A stretch of DNA of 64,000 nt from Eledone cirrhosa (Eukaryota), in contig OZ024743.1 in assembly GCA_964016885.1 (NCBI GenBank), forward strand, positions 338,272,001 through 338,336,000. The letters are read 5' to 3'. The notes beneath the pieces were generated by a model. It did not search any database. It worked only from the letters and a program-made list of their open reading frames with translations, and had not been told where the DNA came from. Of this stretch, positions 1-13,038 are shown piece after piece (the first letter of the stretch is position 1; each line of letters opens with the position of its first letter). Made by a program: the position numbers and the translations under genes.

Positions 1-3000
1 ACCCCCACCACAGTCCCACCAACCACAGCAGGTATACAGCACCCCCACCACAGTCCCACCAACCACAGCAGGTATACAGCACCCCCACCACAGTCCCACC
101 AACCACAACAGGTATACAGCACCCCCACCACAGTCCCACCAACCACAACAGGTATACAGCACCCCCACCACAGTCCCACAATCCACAGCATGTATACAGC
201 ACCCCCACCACAGTCCCACCAACCACAACAGGTATACAGCACCCCACCACAGTCCCACCAACCACAGCAGGTATACAGCACCCCCACCACAGTCCCACCA
301 ACCACAACAGGTATACAGCACCCCCACCACAGTCCCACCAACCACAACAGGTACACAACACCCCCATCACAGTCCCACCAACCACAGCAGGTATACAGCA
401 CCCCCACCACAGCAGGTATACAGCACCCCCACCACAGCAGGTATACAGCACCCCCACCACAGCAGGTATACAGCACCCCCACCACAGTCCCACCAACCAC
501 AGCAGGTATACAGCACCCCCACCATAGCAGGTATACAGCATCCCCACCACAGTCCCCCCAACCACAGCAGGTATACAACACCCCCACCTCAATCCCACCA
601 ACCACAGCAGGTATATAGCACCCCCACCACAGTCCCACCAACCACAGCAGGTATACAACACCCCCACCACAGTCCCACCAACCACAGCAGGTATACAGCA
701 CCCCCACCACAGTCCCACCAACCACAGCAGGTATACAGCACCCCCACCACAGTCCCACCAACCACAGCAGGTATACAACAACCCCACCACAGTCCCACCA
801 ACCACAGCATATATACAGCACCCCCACCACAGTCCCACCAACCACAGCAGGTATACAACACCCCCACCACAGCAGGTATACAGCACCCCTACCACAGTCC
901 CACCAACCACAGCAGGTATACAGCACCCCCACCACAGCAGGTATACAGCACCCCCACCACAGTCCCACCAACCACAGCAGGTATACAGCACCCCCACCAC
1001 AGTCCCACCAACCACAGCAGGTATACAACAACCCCACCACAGTCCCACCAACCACAGCATATATACAGCACCCCCACCACAGTCCCACCAACCACAGCAG
1101 GTATACAACACCCCCACCACAGTCCCACCAACCACGGCAGGTATACAGCACCCCCACCACAGTCCCACCAACCACAGCAGGTATACAATACCCCCACCAC
1201 AGCAGGTATACAGCACCCCCACCACAGTCCCACCAACCACAGCAGGTATACAACACCCCCACCACAGTCCCACCAACCACGGCAGGTATACAGCACCCCC
1301 ACCACAGTCCCACCAACCACAGCAGGTATACAACACCCCCACCACAGCAGGTATACAGCACCCCCACCACAGTCCCACCAACCACAGCAGGTATACAACA
1401 CCCCCACCACAGTCCAACCAACCACAGCATATATACAGCACCCCCACCACAGTCCCACCAACCACATCAGGTATACAGCACCCCCACCACAGCAGGTATA
1501 CAGCACCCCCACCACAGTCCCACCAACCACAGCAGGTATACAGCACCCCCACCACAGTCCCACCAACCACAGCAGGTATACAACACCCCCACCACAGTCC
1601 CACCAACCACAGCAGGTATACAGCACCCCCACCACAGTCCCACCAACCACAGCAGGTATACAACACCCCCACCACAGTCCCACCAACCACAGCAGGTATA
1701 CAGCACCCCCACCACAGTCCCACCAACCACGGCAGGTATACAACACCCCCACCACAGTCCCACCAACCACAGCATATATACAGCACCCCCACCACAGTCC
1801 CACAACCACAGCAGGTATACAGCACCCCCACCACAGTCCCACCAACCACAGCAGGTATACAGCACCCCCACCACAGTCCCACCAACCACAGCAGGTATAC
1901 AACACCCCCACCACAGTCCCACCAACCACGGCAGGTATACAGCACCCCCACCACAGTCCCACCAACCACAGCAGGTATACAACACCCCCACCACAGTCCC
2001 ACCAACCTCAGCAGGTATACAACACCCCCACCACAGTCCCACCAACCACAGCAGGTATACAGCACCCCCACCACAGTCCCACCAACCACAGCAGGTATAC
2101 AGCACCCCCACCACAGTCCCACCAACCACAACAGGTATACAGCACCCCCACCACAGTCCCACCAACCACAACAGGTATACAGCACCCCCACCACAGTCCC
2201 ACAATCCACAGCATGTATACAGCACCCCCACCACAGTCCCACCAACCACAACAGGTATACAGCACCCCCACCACAGTCCCACCAACCACAGCAGGTATAC
2301 AGCACCCCCACCACAGTCCCACCAACCACAACAGGTATACAGCACCCCCACCACAGTCCCACCAACCACAACAGGTATACAACACCCCCATCACAGTCCC
2401 ACCAACCACAGCAGGTATACAGCACCCCCACCACAGCAGGTATACAGCACCCCCACCACAGCAGGTATACAGCACCCCCACCACAGTCCCACCAACCACA
2501 GCAGGTATACAGCACCCCCACCACAGTACCACCAACGACAGCATGTATACAGCACCCCCACCACAGTACCACCAACGACAGCATGTATACAGCACCCCCA
2601 CCACAGCAGGTATACAGCACCCCCACCACAGCAGGTATACAGCACCCCCACCACAGTCCCCTCAACAACAGCAGGTATACAGCACCCCCACCACAGTCCC
2701 ACCAACCACAGCAGGTATACAACACCCCCACCACAGTCCCACCAACCACAGCATATATACAGCACCCCCACCACAGTCCCACCAACCACAGCAGGTATAC
2801 AGCACCCCCACCACAGCAGGTATACAGCACCCCCACCACAGTCCCACCAACCACAGCAGGTATACAACACCCCCACCACAGTCCCACCAACCACGGCAGG
2901 TATACAGCACCCCCACCACAGTCCCACCAACCACAGCAGGTATACAACACCCCCACCACAGCAGGTATACAGCACCCCCACCACAGTCCCACCAACCACA

Positions 3001-6000
3001 GCAGGTATACAGCACCCCCACCACAGTCCCACCAACCACAGCAGGTATACAACACCCCCACCACAGTCCCACCAACCTCAGCAGGTATACAACACCCCCA
3101 CCACAGTCCCACCAACCACAGCAGGTATACAGCACCCCCACCACAGCAGGTATACAACACCCCCACCACAACAGGTATACAGCACCCCCACCACAGCAGG
3201 TATACAACACCCCCACCACAGCAGGTATACAACACCCCCACCACAGTCCCACCAACCACAGCAGGTATACAACACCCCCACCACAGTCCCACCAACCTCA
3301 GCAGGTATACAACACCCCCACCACAGTCCCACCAACCACAGCAGGTATACAGCACCCCCACCACAGCAGGTATACAACACCCCCACAACAACAGGTATAC
3401 AGCACCCCCACCACAGTCCCACCAACCACAACAGGTATACAGCACCCCCACCACAGTCCCACCAACCACAGCAGGTATACAACACCCCCATCACAGTCCC
3501 ACCAACCACAACAGGTATACAGCACCCCCACCACAGTCCCACCAACCACAGCAGGTATACAGCACCCCCACCACAGTCCCACTAACCACAACAGGTATAC
3601 AGCACCCCCACCACAGTCCCACCAACCACAACAGGTATACAGCACCCCCACCACAGCAGGTATACAGCACCCCCACCACAGTCCCACCAACCACAGCATT
3701 TATACAGCACCCCCACCACAGTCCCACCAACCACAACAGGTATACAGCACCCCCACCACAGTCCCACCAACCACAACAGGTATACAACACCCCCACCACA
3801 GTCCCACCAACCACAGCAGGTATACAGCACCCCCACCACAGTCCCACCAACCACAACAGGTATACAGCACCCCCACCACAGTCCCACAAACCACAGCATT
3901 TATACAGCACCCCCACCACAGTCCCACCAACCACAACAGGTATACAGCACCCCCACCACAGTCCCACCAACCACAACAGGTATACAGCACCCCCACCACA
4001 GTCCCACCAACCACAACAGGTATACAGCACCCCCACCACAGTCCCACCAACCACAGCAGGTATACAGCACCCCCACCACAGTCCCACCAACCACAACAGG
4101 TATACAGCACCCCCACCACAGTCCCACCAACCACAACAGGTATACAGCACCCCCACCACAGTCCCACCAACCACAGCAGGTATACAGCACCCCCACCAGT
4201 CCCACCAACCACAACAGGTATACAGCACCCCCACCACAGCAGGTATACAGCACCCCCACCTCAGTCCCACCAACCACAGCATTTATACAGCACCCCCACC
4301 ACAGTCCCACCAACCACAACAGGTATACAGCACCCCCACCACAGTCCCACCAACCACAACAGGTATACAGCACCCCCACCACAGCAGGTATACAGCACCC
4401 CCACCACAGTCCCACCAACCACAGCAGGTATACAGCACCCCCACCACAGTCCCACCAACCACAACAGGTATACAGCACCCCCACCACAGCAGGTATACAG
4501 CACCCCCACCTCAGTCCCACCAACCACAGCAGGTATACAGCACCCCCACCACAGTCCCACCAACCATAACAGGTATACAGCACCCCCACCACAGTCCCAC
4601 CAACCTCAGCAGGTATACAGCACCCCCACCACAGTCCCACCAACCACAGCAGGTATACAGCACCCCCACCACAGCAGGTATACAGCACCCCCACCACAGC
4701 AGGTATACAGCACCCCCACCATAGCAGGTATACAGCACCCCCACCACAGTCCCCCCAACCACAGCAGGTATACAACACCCCCACCTCAATCCCACCAACC
4801 ACAGCAGGTATATAGCACCCCCACCACAGTCCCACCAACCACAGCAGGTATACAGCACCCCCACCACAGTCCCACCAACCACAGCAGGTATACAGCACCC
4901 CCACCACAGTCCCACCAACCACAGCAGGTATACAGCACCCCCACCACAGTCCCACCAACCACAGCAGGTATACAGCACCCCCACCACAGTCCCACCAACC
5001 ACAGCAGGTATACAACACCCCCACCTCAATCCCACCAACCACAGCAGGTATATAGCACCCCCACCACAGTCCCACCAACCACAGCAGGTATACAGCACCC
5101 CCACCTCAGTCCCACCAACCACAGCAGGTATACAGCACCCCCACCACAGTCCCACCAACCACAGCAGGTATACAGCACCCCCACCATAGCAGGTATACAG
5201 CACCCCCACCACAGCAGGTATACAGCACCCCCACCATAGCAGGTATACAGCACCCCCACCACAGTCCCACCAACCACAGCAGGTATACAGCACCCCCACC
5301 ACAGCAGGTATACAGCACCCCCACCACAGTCCCACCAACCACAGCAGGTATACAGCACCCCCACCATAGCAGGTATACAGCACCCCCACCACAGTCCCCC
5401 CAACCACAGCAGGTATACAACACCCCCACCTCAATCCCACCAACCACAGCAGGTATACAGCACCCCCACCACAGTCCCACCAACCACAGCAGGTATACAA
5501 CACCCCCACCACAGTCCCACCAACCACAGCAGGTATACAACACCCCCACCTCAATCCCACCAACCACAGCAGGTATACAGCACCCCCACCACAGTCCCCC
5601 CAACCACAGCAGGTATACAACACCCCCACCTCAATCCCACCAACCACAGCAGGTATACAGCACCCCCACCACAGTCCCACCAACCACAGCAGGTATACAA
5701 CACCCCCACCACAGTCCCCCCAACCACAGCAGGTATACAACACCCCCACCTCAATCCCACCAACCACAGCAGGTATACAGCACCCCCACCACAGTCCCCC
5801 CAACCACAGCAGGTATACAACACCCCCACCTCAATCCCACCAACCACAGCAGGTATACAGCACCCCCACCACAGTCCCACCAACCACAGCAGGTATACAG
5901 CACCCCCACCACAGTCCCACCAACCACAGCAGGTATACAGCACCCCCACCACAGTCCCACCAACCACAGCAGGTATACAGCACCCCCACCACAGTCCCCC

Positions 6001-6830
6001 CAACCACAGCAGGTATACAACACCCCCACCTCAGTCCCACCAACCACAGCAGGTATACAGCACCCCCACCACAGTCCCACCAACCACAGCAGGTATACAG
6101 CACCCCCACCACAGTCCCACCAACCACAGCAGGTATACAGCACCCCCACCACAGTCCCCCCAACCACAGCAGGTATACAACACCCCCACCTCAGTCCCAC
6201 CAACCACAGCAGGTATACAGCACCCCCACCACAGTCCCACCAACCACAGCAGGTATACAGCACCCCCACCACAGTCCCACCAACCACAGCAGGTATACAG
6301 CACCCCCACCACAGTCCCACCAACCACAGCAGGTATACAGCACCCCCACCACAGTCCCACCAACCACAGCAGGTATACAGCACCCCCACCACAGTCCCAC
6401 CAACCACAGCAGGTATACAACACCCCCACCACAGTCCCACCAACCACAGCAGGTATACAGCACCCCCACCACAGTCCCACCAACCACAGCAGGTATACAG
6501 CACCCCAACCACAGTCCCACCAACCACAGCAGGTATACAGCACCCCCACCACAGTCCCACCAACCACAGCAGGTATACAGCACCCCCACCACAGTCCCAC
6601 CAACCACAGCAGGTATACAGCACCCCCACCACAGTCCCACCAACCACAGCAGGTATACAGCACCCCCACCACAGCAGGTATACAGCACCCCCACCACAGT
6701 CCCACCAACCACAGCAGGTATACAGCACCCCCACCACAGTCCCACCAACCACAGCAGGTATACAGCACCCCCACCACAGTCCCACCAACCACAGCAGGTA
6801 TACAGCACCCCAACCACAGTCCACCAACAC
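1..6830. repeat. 40-bp C/A-rich tandem satellite (ACCCCCACCACAGTCCCACCAACCACAGCAGGTATACAGC) with interspersed 25-bp deletion variants
   Basis: Unit read directly. The short variant lacks 15 bp between two ACCACAG motifs. The array runs off the left edge. All ORFs here are repeat artefacts. Confidence 0.97.
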
Positions 6831-6884
6831 CACAATCCAACTAACAACACCAGTCACAACTACCTCACTAGACTCTCAACATCA

Positions 6885-7370
6885 CAGCAATCTCACCTAC
6901 CTCACCACAGTTCCAACAACACCACAATCTCACCTACCTCACCACAGTCCCAACACCACCACAATCTCACCTACCTCACCACAGTCCCAACAACACCACA
7001 ATCTCACCTACCTCACCACAGTCCCAACAACACCACAATCTCACCTACCTCACCACAGTCCCAACAACACCACAATCTCACCTACCTCACCACAGTCCCA
7101 ACACCACCACATTCTCACCTACCTCACCACAGTTCCAACAACACCACAATCTCACCTACCTCACCACAGTCCCAACACCACCACATTCTCACCTACCTCA
7201 CCACAGTCCCAACAACACCACAATCTCACCTACCTCACCACAGTCCCAACAACACCACAATTTCACCTACCTCACCACAGTCCCAACAACACCACAATCT
7301 CACCTACCTCACCACAGTCCCAACAACACCACAATCTCACCTACCTCACCACAAGCCCAACAACACCAAT
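6885..7370. repeat. 37-bp minisatellite (CAATCTCACCTACCTCACCACAGTCCCAACAACACCA)
   Basis: About 13 tandem copies; shares CACCACAGTCCCA with the adjacent 40-mer. Confidence 0.93.
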
Positions 7371-7741
7371 GTCCCCATAGACACACAAGAGTCACCACAA
7401 TCCCACCAGTACATAACTTGAAATGTGATCTATAGAAACAAGATATTAGTAAACAAATTAAATAGATATAGTGTTTAACATAGGAAAATATGCTTCACAG
7501 AGTAAGAGAGGTAGGGGGAAGAGTAAGAGGAAGGCGTAGGTTATACAGTGAGGAGGGAGGGATTGAGTTTACTACCTCTGCCTCACCTATCTGTGTGTGT
7601 GGGAGGAGGTATATATATTTTATGCAGTTGTGTTTATATTTACATCAGATACACTTTAAAAATATTTACCTTTATTCATTAAATCACAATCATGTAATCA
7701 TCCAAACATATGTGTATGTGGGGGGTGGGGGTATATGTATA

Positions 7742-7810
<69 letters not shown>

Positions 7811-7818
<8 letters not shown>

Positions 7819-7966
7819 AGATCAAAAGATGGTTAAAGGAGTTCCATGTATTTTATTATGCACATTTCAAAAACAAACATCATCATGCAATAATATTTGT
7901 GTTTTCATCAGATAAAACAGGAGAACATGATATGAAGGCTAAAAAACACTTGTGGATAGTGCAGTT
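7811..7966 (-). mobile_element. Penelope-like pseudo-LTR fragment (left arm of inverted pair) with hammerhead core at 7851-7917
   Basis: Reverse complement of 8216-8370. The minus strand reads TTTTAT-CTGATGA-...-GAAA-TGTGCA-TA-ATAAAA. Abuts (TA)n. Confidence 0.7.
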
Positions 7967-7972
7967 TTAAAT

Positions 7973-8207
7973 CAGCACCCCCACCACAGTCCCACCAACC
8001 ACAGCAGGTATACAACACCCCCACCACAGTCCCACCAACCTCAACAGGTATACAGAACCCCCACCACAGTGCCACCAACCACATCAGGTATACAGCACCC
8101 CCACCACAGCCCCACCAACCACAGCAGGTATACAGCACCCCCACCACAGCATATATACAGCACCCCCACCACAGTCCCACCAACCTCAGCAGGTATACAA
8201 CACCCCC
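7973..8207. repeat. Isolated ~6-unit piece of the 40-bp satellite
   Basis: Same unit as 1-6830, enclosed by the inverted 156-bp arms. Confidence 0.92.
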
Positions 8208-8215
8208 ATATATAC

Positions 8216-8458
8216 AACTGCACTATCCACAAGTGTTTTTTAGCCTTCATATCATGTTCTCCTGTTTTATCTGATGAAAACACAAATATTATTGCATGAT
8301 GATGTTTGTTTTTGAAATGCGCATAATAAAATACATGGAACTCCTTTAACCATCTTTTGATCTTATATTATGTATACTCCAGTCCTACAAACTGTAGAGT
8401 GCTTCTTATCCGATATCTGCATTGCTTTATTGTACTACAATAAAACTCACCTCCTACA
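8216..8458 (+). mobile_element. Penelope-like pseudo-LTR (~245 bp)
   Basis: Near-identical copy at 44811-45063 (minus). Contains a hammerhead core and ends in (TA)n. Confidence 0.72.
8265..8331 (+). ncRNA. Type I hammerhead ribozyme with minimal palindromic stem III
   Basis: Stem I TTTTAT/ATAAAA, CTGATGA (8271-8277), AT-rich stem II, GAAA (8314-8317), palindrome TGCGCA, then TA (cleavage triplet AUA). Confidence 0.75.
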
Positions 8459-8509
8459 TATATATATATATATATATATGTACATATGTGTGTGTGCAGT
8501 ATGTATATG

Positions 8510-8551
<42 letters not shown>

Positions 8552-8750
8552 TGTACATATGTGTGTAGATGTATATATATATGTATATATATATATATAC
8601 ACTCATATATGTACATTCGTGTGTGGGGGGGGGGGGGGGTATATGTATATGTATGTATGTCTATACATACATATACATATGTTTGTGAGGGGTATATATG
8701 TGTGCATATATATATATATATGCACTCACACATATGTTTGTGTGTGTGTA

Positions 8751-8810
<60 letters not shown>

Positions 8811-8844
8811 CACATATGTTTGTGTGTGTGTATGTGTGTATATA

Positions 8845-8898
<54 letters not shown>

Positions 8899-9295
8899 GT
8901 CAAGATATTTATAATCTAAAAAGAAAACAAATATGCATACACACAAACACATAAATATCTTTATTTGTCTTATGCAGATACATATCTACATACATACATA
9001 TGTATCTACATACATATGTATGTATGTAGATAAATATGTATGTAGATACATATGTATGTAGATACATATGTATCTACATACATATGTATGTAGATACATA
9101 TGTATGTAGATACATATGTATCTACATACATATGTATGTAGATACATATGTATCTACATACATATGTATTTACATATGTATGTATGTAGATAAATATGTA
9201 TGTAGATACATATGTATCGACATACATATGTATATATGTATGTATGTATGTAGATACATATGTATGTATGTAGATACATATGTATCTACATACAT
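8459..9295. repeat. (TA)n/(TG)n/(CA)n microsatellites and palindromic ATACATATGTAT-based repeat
   Basis: Direct reading; the same repeat resumes at 9908-10165. Confidence 0.9.
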
Positions 9296-9298
9296 GAT

Positions 9299-9908
9299 AA
9301 TGGCTGCCCCCTCGTTATCGAGTATGGCCATTCCACGATATACCATTATTAATAATTATTAATTAATTCTATCATACAATGCCTGTGCGTGAAGATAATT
9401 TTTAAAGTGAGGAAAGACTGTGCACTGAGCCAATCCCACTCTCTGAGCGACAGTAGCTATAGCCCGAAAAGAAGAAAAGATCAGCATCATCGGTAACTAC
9501 TGAGCCGCAGGTTTTATGTCGGAGTTATCCCAGTTTCCTGAGTTGCCTTCTCCTAGAAGAATGCCCTGACAAAGGCTAGGGGTCTTTCACTCTCAGTGGT
9601 TTAACTGTGAGATCGGGTGTCCAGCCCGACTATTTCTATGTCCCCGCGCATATACACACACATGCACCCATATATATATACAAATATACACATACATATG
9701 TACATACACATTTACACACTTTTGGATGTCCGTTGACTCTTATGAGATCTTCCGCCCTTTGTCAAGTTTTGGTTTTTGTCCTGCAGGGTGTCTAAAATCA
9801 CGCTCCTCGCCAACTTGGTGGGGTTGCCGGTTTAGTTGCCGATGACCCGACCATGTGACAGGTTGTACTGGGTTACATGTTACCAGTAGCACTCAAGAGT
9901 GACCCGAC
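9299..9908 (-). mobile_element. Interspersed repeat, probably a non-autonomous RTE-derived element (5'UTR-like part)
   Basis: Both ends are similar to 24269-24873 (e.g. GACCCGACCATG.GACAGGTTGTACTGGG.TACATGTTACCAGTAGCAC). The RTE origin is inference. Confidence 0.5.
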
Positions 9909-10222
9909 ATACATCTACATATATACATATGTATCTGTATACACATGTATCTACATACATATGTATTCAGATACATCTACATACATATGTATCTAGATAC
10001 ATATGTATCTACATACATATGTATCTGCATATATATGTATGTAGATACATATAAATACAGATACATCTACATAAATATGTATATAGATACATATGTATCT
10101 ACATACATATGTATATAGATACATATGTATCTACATACATATGTATCTGCATAAATATATATGTATACACATGAATAACATTCACTAGAAAAACTTTGTT
10201 ATTGGCCAGTTTTACAATTTCT

Positions 10223-10438
10223 TTAACCCTCTAGCATTTAAACTGGCCATATCCGGCCAGAATTCTCTCACATCTTTTTGTTCAAACTGGCCATAACTGA
10301 CCACTCATACTGATGTTAAGGTATTGTCCTCAAAATAAATAACATCAAAATCTCATAGATTCAATATTATGTAAGATAAAGCCTTTACCACAAAAATACA
10401 ATAGTATATATAGAGTAATGTAAATGCTAAAGGGTTAA
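10223..10438. mobile_element. piggyBac-type MITE
   Basis: TTAA-CCCTCTAGCATTTA ... TAAATGCTAAAGGG-TTAA: TIRs with TTAA target duplication. Confidence 0.85.
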
Positions 10439-10589
10439 ATATTATAAGGAAACCTAGTATCAACCCTTTCATTACCAACCCACCTGAAACTGTCCCTGGT
10501 TCTATGATACAGGGCTGTCTAATATAGTGTGTTTATAAGATCGGAAGTTCAATATATGGTTAAAGGTCTACCAAATATATACAAAAACA

Positions 10590-10935
10590 TACACACACAT
10601 GTATGTATGTGTCTGTATATCATGACTCATACACTGTTCACTTTCCTGACATTTGTACAATATTCTATGCACTGGATTGGCAGTGGATTGGTGGTATCGG
10701 TAGAGAGTTGGACGCCACGCTTTCCAGTATAGAGTTACGTCCCTTTACGGACTGAGTTCAAATCCCACCGAGGTTTACTTTGCCTTTCATCCTTACGAGG
10801 TCGATAAAATAAAGTACCAGTAATGTACTGGGTAATTGCTGGCCTTGTGCCAAAAGTAGAAACAATTATTCTATGCACTTATACATGCACCTTTGATGCA
10901 TTGTAGTGCACCTGAGCACTGTACACAATAATTTT
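10590..10935 (+). mobile_element. CR1-type LINE 3' tail interrupted by a SINE
   Basis: Matches the reverse complement of 46190-46330. Split by the SINE at 10674-10866. Confidence 0.65.
10674..10866 (+). mobile_element. tRNA-derived SINE with 13-bp TSD TATTCTATGCACT
   Basis: B-box-like GAGTTCAAATCC, core TTTGCCTTTCATCCTTACGAGGTCGATAAAATAAAGTACCAG; TSD at 10661-10673 and 10867-10879. Confidence 0.85.
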
Positions 10936-10947
10936 CATTATTTGTTT

Positions 10948-11121
10948 GGCAGTATAGGTAGAGGGTCGGACGCCATGCTTTGACGCATACGCCCCTTGCC
11001 ATTCTGAGTTCAAATCGCGCCGAGGTTAACTTTGCCTTTCATCCTTACGGGGTCGATAAAATAAAGTACCAGTAATGTACTCGGTAATGCTGGCCTTGTG
11101 CCAAAAGTAGAAACAATTATT
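10948..11121 (+). mobile_element. tRNA-derived SINE (same family)
   Basis: Same B box, core and GCCAAAAGTAGAAACAATTATT tail. Confidence 0.85.
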
Positions 11122-11369
11122 TGTTTACTATAAAATCTTTGAGTGCATGGAAGCTAGGAAAAGATTCAACAACAGAAACTTGTTTTACAGCTTCCCTTCT
11201 TTCTTATTTTCCTTTTCTTTTTCATTTCCTCATCCATAATCTGCCTCGCATTAGCCTTCAATATTTGACATATCTATTTTCATTTTATTTTATGGGTTTT
11301 TTTTTCCTATTTTTTTTTTTTTTTTTTTTTCCAATTACTTGTCTCACTGGCTCCTTTTGATTACCAACT

Positions 11370-11593
11370 TTAACCCTTAACATTTAAACCGGCCATATCC
11401 AGCCAGAATTCTCTCACCTCTTTCTGTTTAAACCGGTTGTAACCAACCGCTCAACTGATGTTAAGGTATTGTTTTCAAAATAAATAGTTTCAAAATCTCA
11501 TAGATTTGATATGTGAAATAATTATGTAAGATAAAGCCTTTACCACAAAAATACAATAGTATATATAGAGTAATGTAAATGCTAAAGGGTTAA
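11370..11593. mobile_element. piggyBac-type MITE
   Basis: TTAACCCTT...AAAGGGTTAA; colinear with 10223-10438. Confidence 0.85.
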
Positions 11594-11850
11594 GGAGTAC
11601 TCAATACTTCCCCTAGTCTGCCATGGCTTTCTAGCTCTATACAGACGTTTAAATAGATTAAATAACTAAATAAATAAGTAATATCTAAAAATCTTCCATC
11701 TAAATTTTATGTAAGAACCATTGTTTAGTTATGTTCCAGCTTAATAATGAGAAAGTTATATTACTAAATCTCTCAAATTCTTGATTATTTTCAAAACTAT
11801 TTGCAAGTTATAGGCAGTATCTTTCATTAGAAATATGGTAACAAAAGGGT

Positions 11851-12059
11851 TTAACCCTTTAGCATTTAAACCACCCATAACTGGCCAGAATTCTCTCACC
11901 TCTTCTGTTCAAACTGGCTGTAACTGACCTCTCATACTTATGTTAAAGTAATGTTCTCAAAATGAATAACATCAAAATCTCACAGAGTCCATATTATGTG
12001 AAATAATTATGTGAACTAAAGACTTTACCATGGAAATATAATGGTATATAAAGGGTTAA
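11851..12059. mobile_element. piggyBac-type MITE, abutting the right end of a second TTAA MITE family
   Basis: TTAACCCTTTAGCATTTA...AAAGGGTTAA, preceded by TGGTAACAAAAGGGT. Confidence 0.8.
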
Positions 12060-12588
12060 ATTTTATGTAAAAAAAATATATATAAACATATAACTGTGGT
12101 AAAAAGTATAATAAAAACATCTGGATATTTTTAAAAACTGGTTTTTCAGTTTCGTTTACATTTTTTAACCTAGCAGAGTCTATCTCTCTCTCCAGGTCTG
12201 ACCACAATTAATTTCTTCCATAGTAGGAGACAGAATATGAGAGAGAGGAAGTGAGAAAGAGATATAGAGGAAGAATTAACCCCAGTACTGAACTGGTACT
12301 TCTTTTTATCAGCCTTCTAAGGATGACACACTCAGTTGACCTCAGCAAGATTTGAACTCAGAGAGAACAGAGAACCAGAACAAACACAACAAAGCATTCT
12401 ATTCAATGTTCTAATGACTGACAATTCATTGCCTAAAGGTGATCCCACCCAACTCTCTTAAAAAATATATGATGAAAACTATGGACAATATAGTTCCAAA
12501 TATACAAAATAGTGTTTATGGCTGAGAAGCTTTGAATTATAGATGTGTTGGATCAGGCCTGACTCAAGGCAAAACAATCACAACTTAC

Positions 12589-12671
12589 TTGCATGGAAGA
12601 ATCCTAATGACATCTGAAGGTTTGTAACCCTCAATACAGACTGCACACTGGTCATAATCAGATTCAAGTTC
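12589..12671 (-). CDS. Internal coding exon of a Goliath/RNF130/RNF150-family PA-TM-RING E3 ubiquitin ligase (first half of the RING-H2)
   Basis: Minus strand: polypyrimidine tract ...ctctctgtctttacAG, then 83 bp encoding [27 protein letters not shown](K), then GTAAGT donor. Closely resembles the CAVCIE.YK..DV.RILPCK motif of this family. Too short for the ORF track. Confidence 0.9.
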
Positions 12672-12800
12672 CTGTAAAGACAGAGAGAAAAAAGATATGT
12701 TATTATATAAGAAGGTGCTGTAGTTTACTTGAAGCAATGTGAAAAGAGTAGAAAATAGTGTGATATTTTTTTAGATAGCTACAGCAATGCAAACAGGACT

Positions 12801-13029
12801 TTAACCCTTTAGCATTTAAACCGGGCATATCCAGACAGAATTCTCTCACCTCCTTCAGTTCAAACCAGCTGTAACCGGCTGCTCATACTTATATTAAGGT
12901 ATTGTTCTCAAAATAAATAATATCAAAATCTCACAGATTCGATATTATATAAGATAATTATGTGAGGTAAAGCCATTACCACAAAAATACAATAGTAAAT
13001 ATAGAGTAATGTAAATGCTAAAGGGTTAA
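12801..13029. mobile_element. piggyBac-type MITE
   Basis: TTAACCCTTTAGCATTTA...TAAATGCTAAAGGGTTAA. Confidence 0.87.
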
Positions 13030-13038
13030 ATATTAAAA

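Noticed and set aside
190-6857. Long ORFs (up to 1008 aa, P/T/H/Q-rich or W/C/G/V-rich)
   Set aside because: The 40-bp unit lacks stops, so most frames on both strands are open and cycle through the same peptide. This is a satellite, not a mucin or extensin gene.
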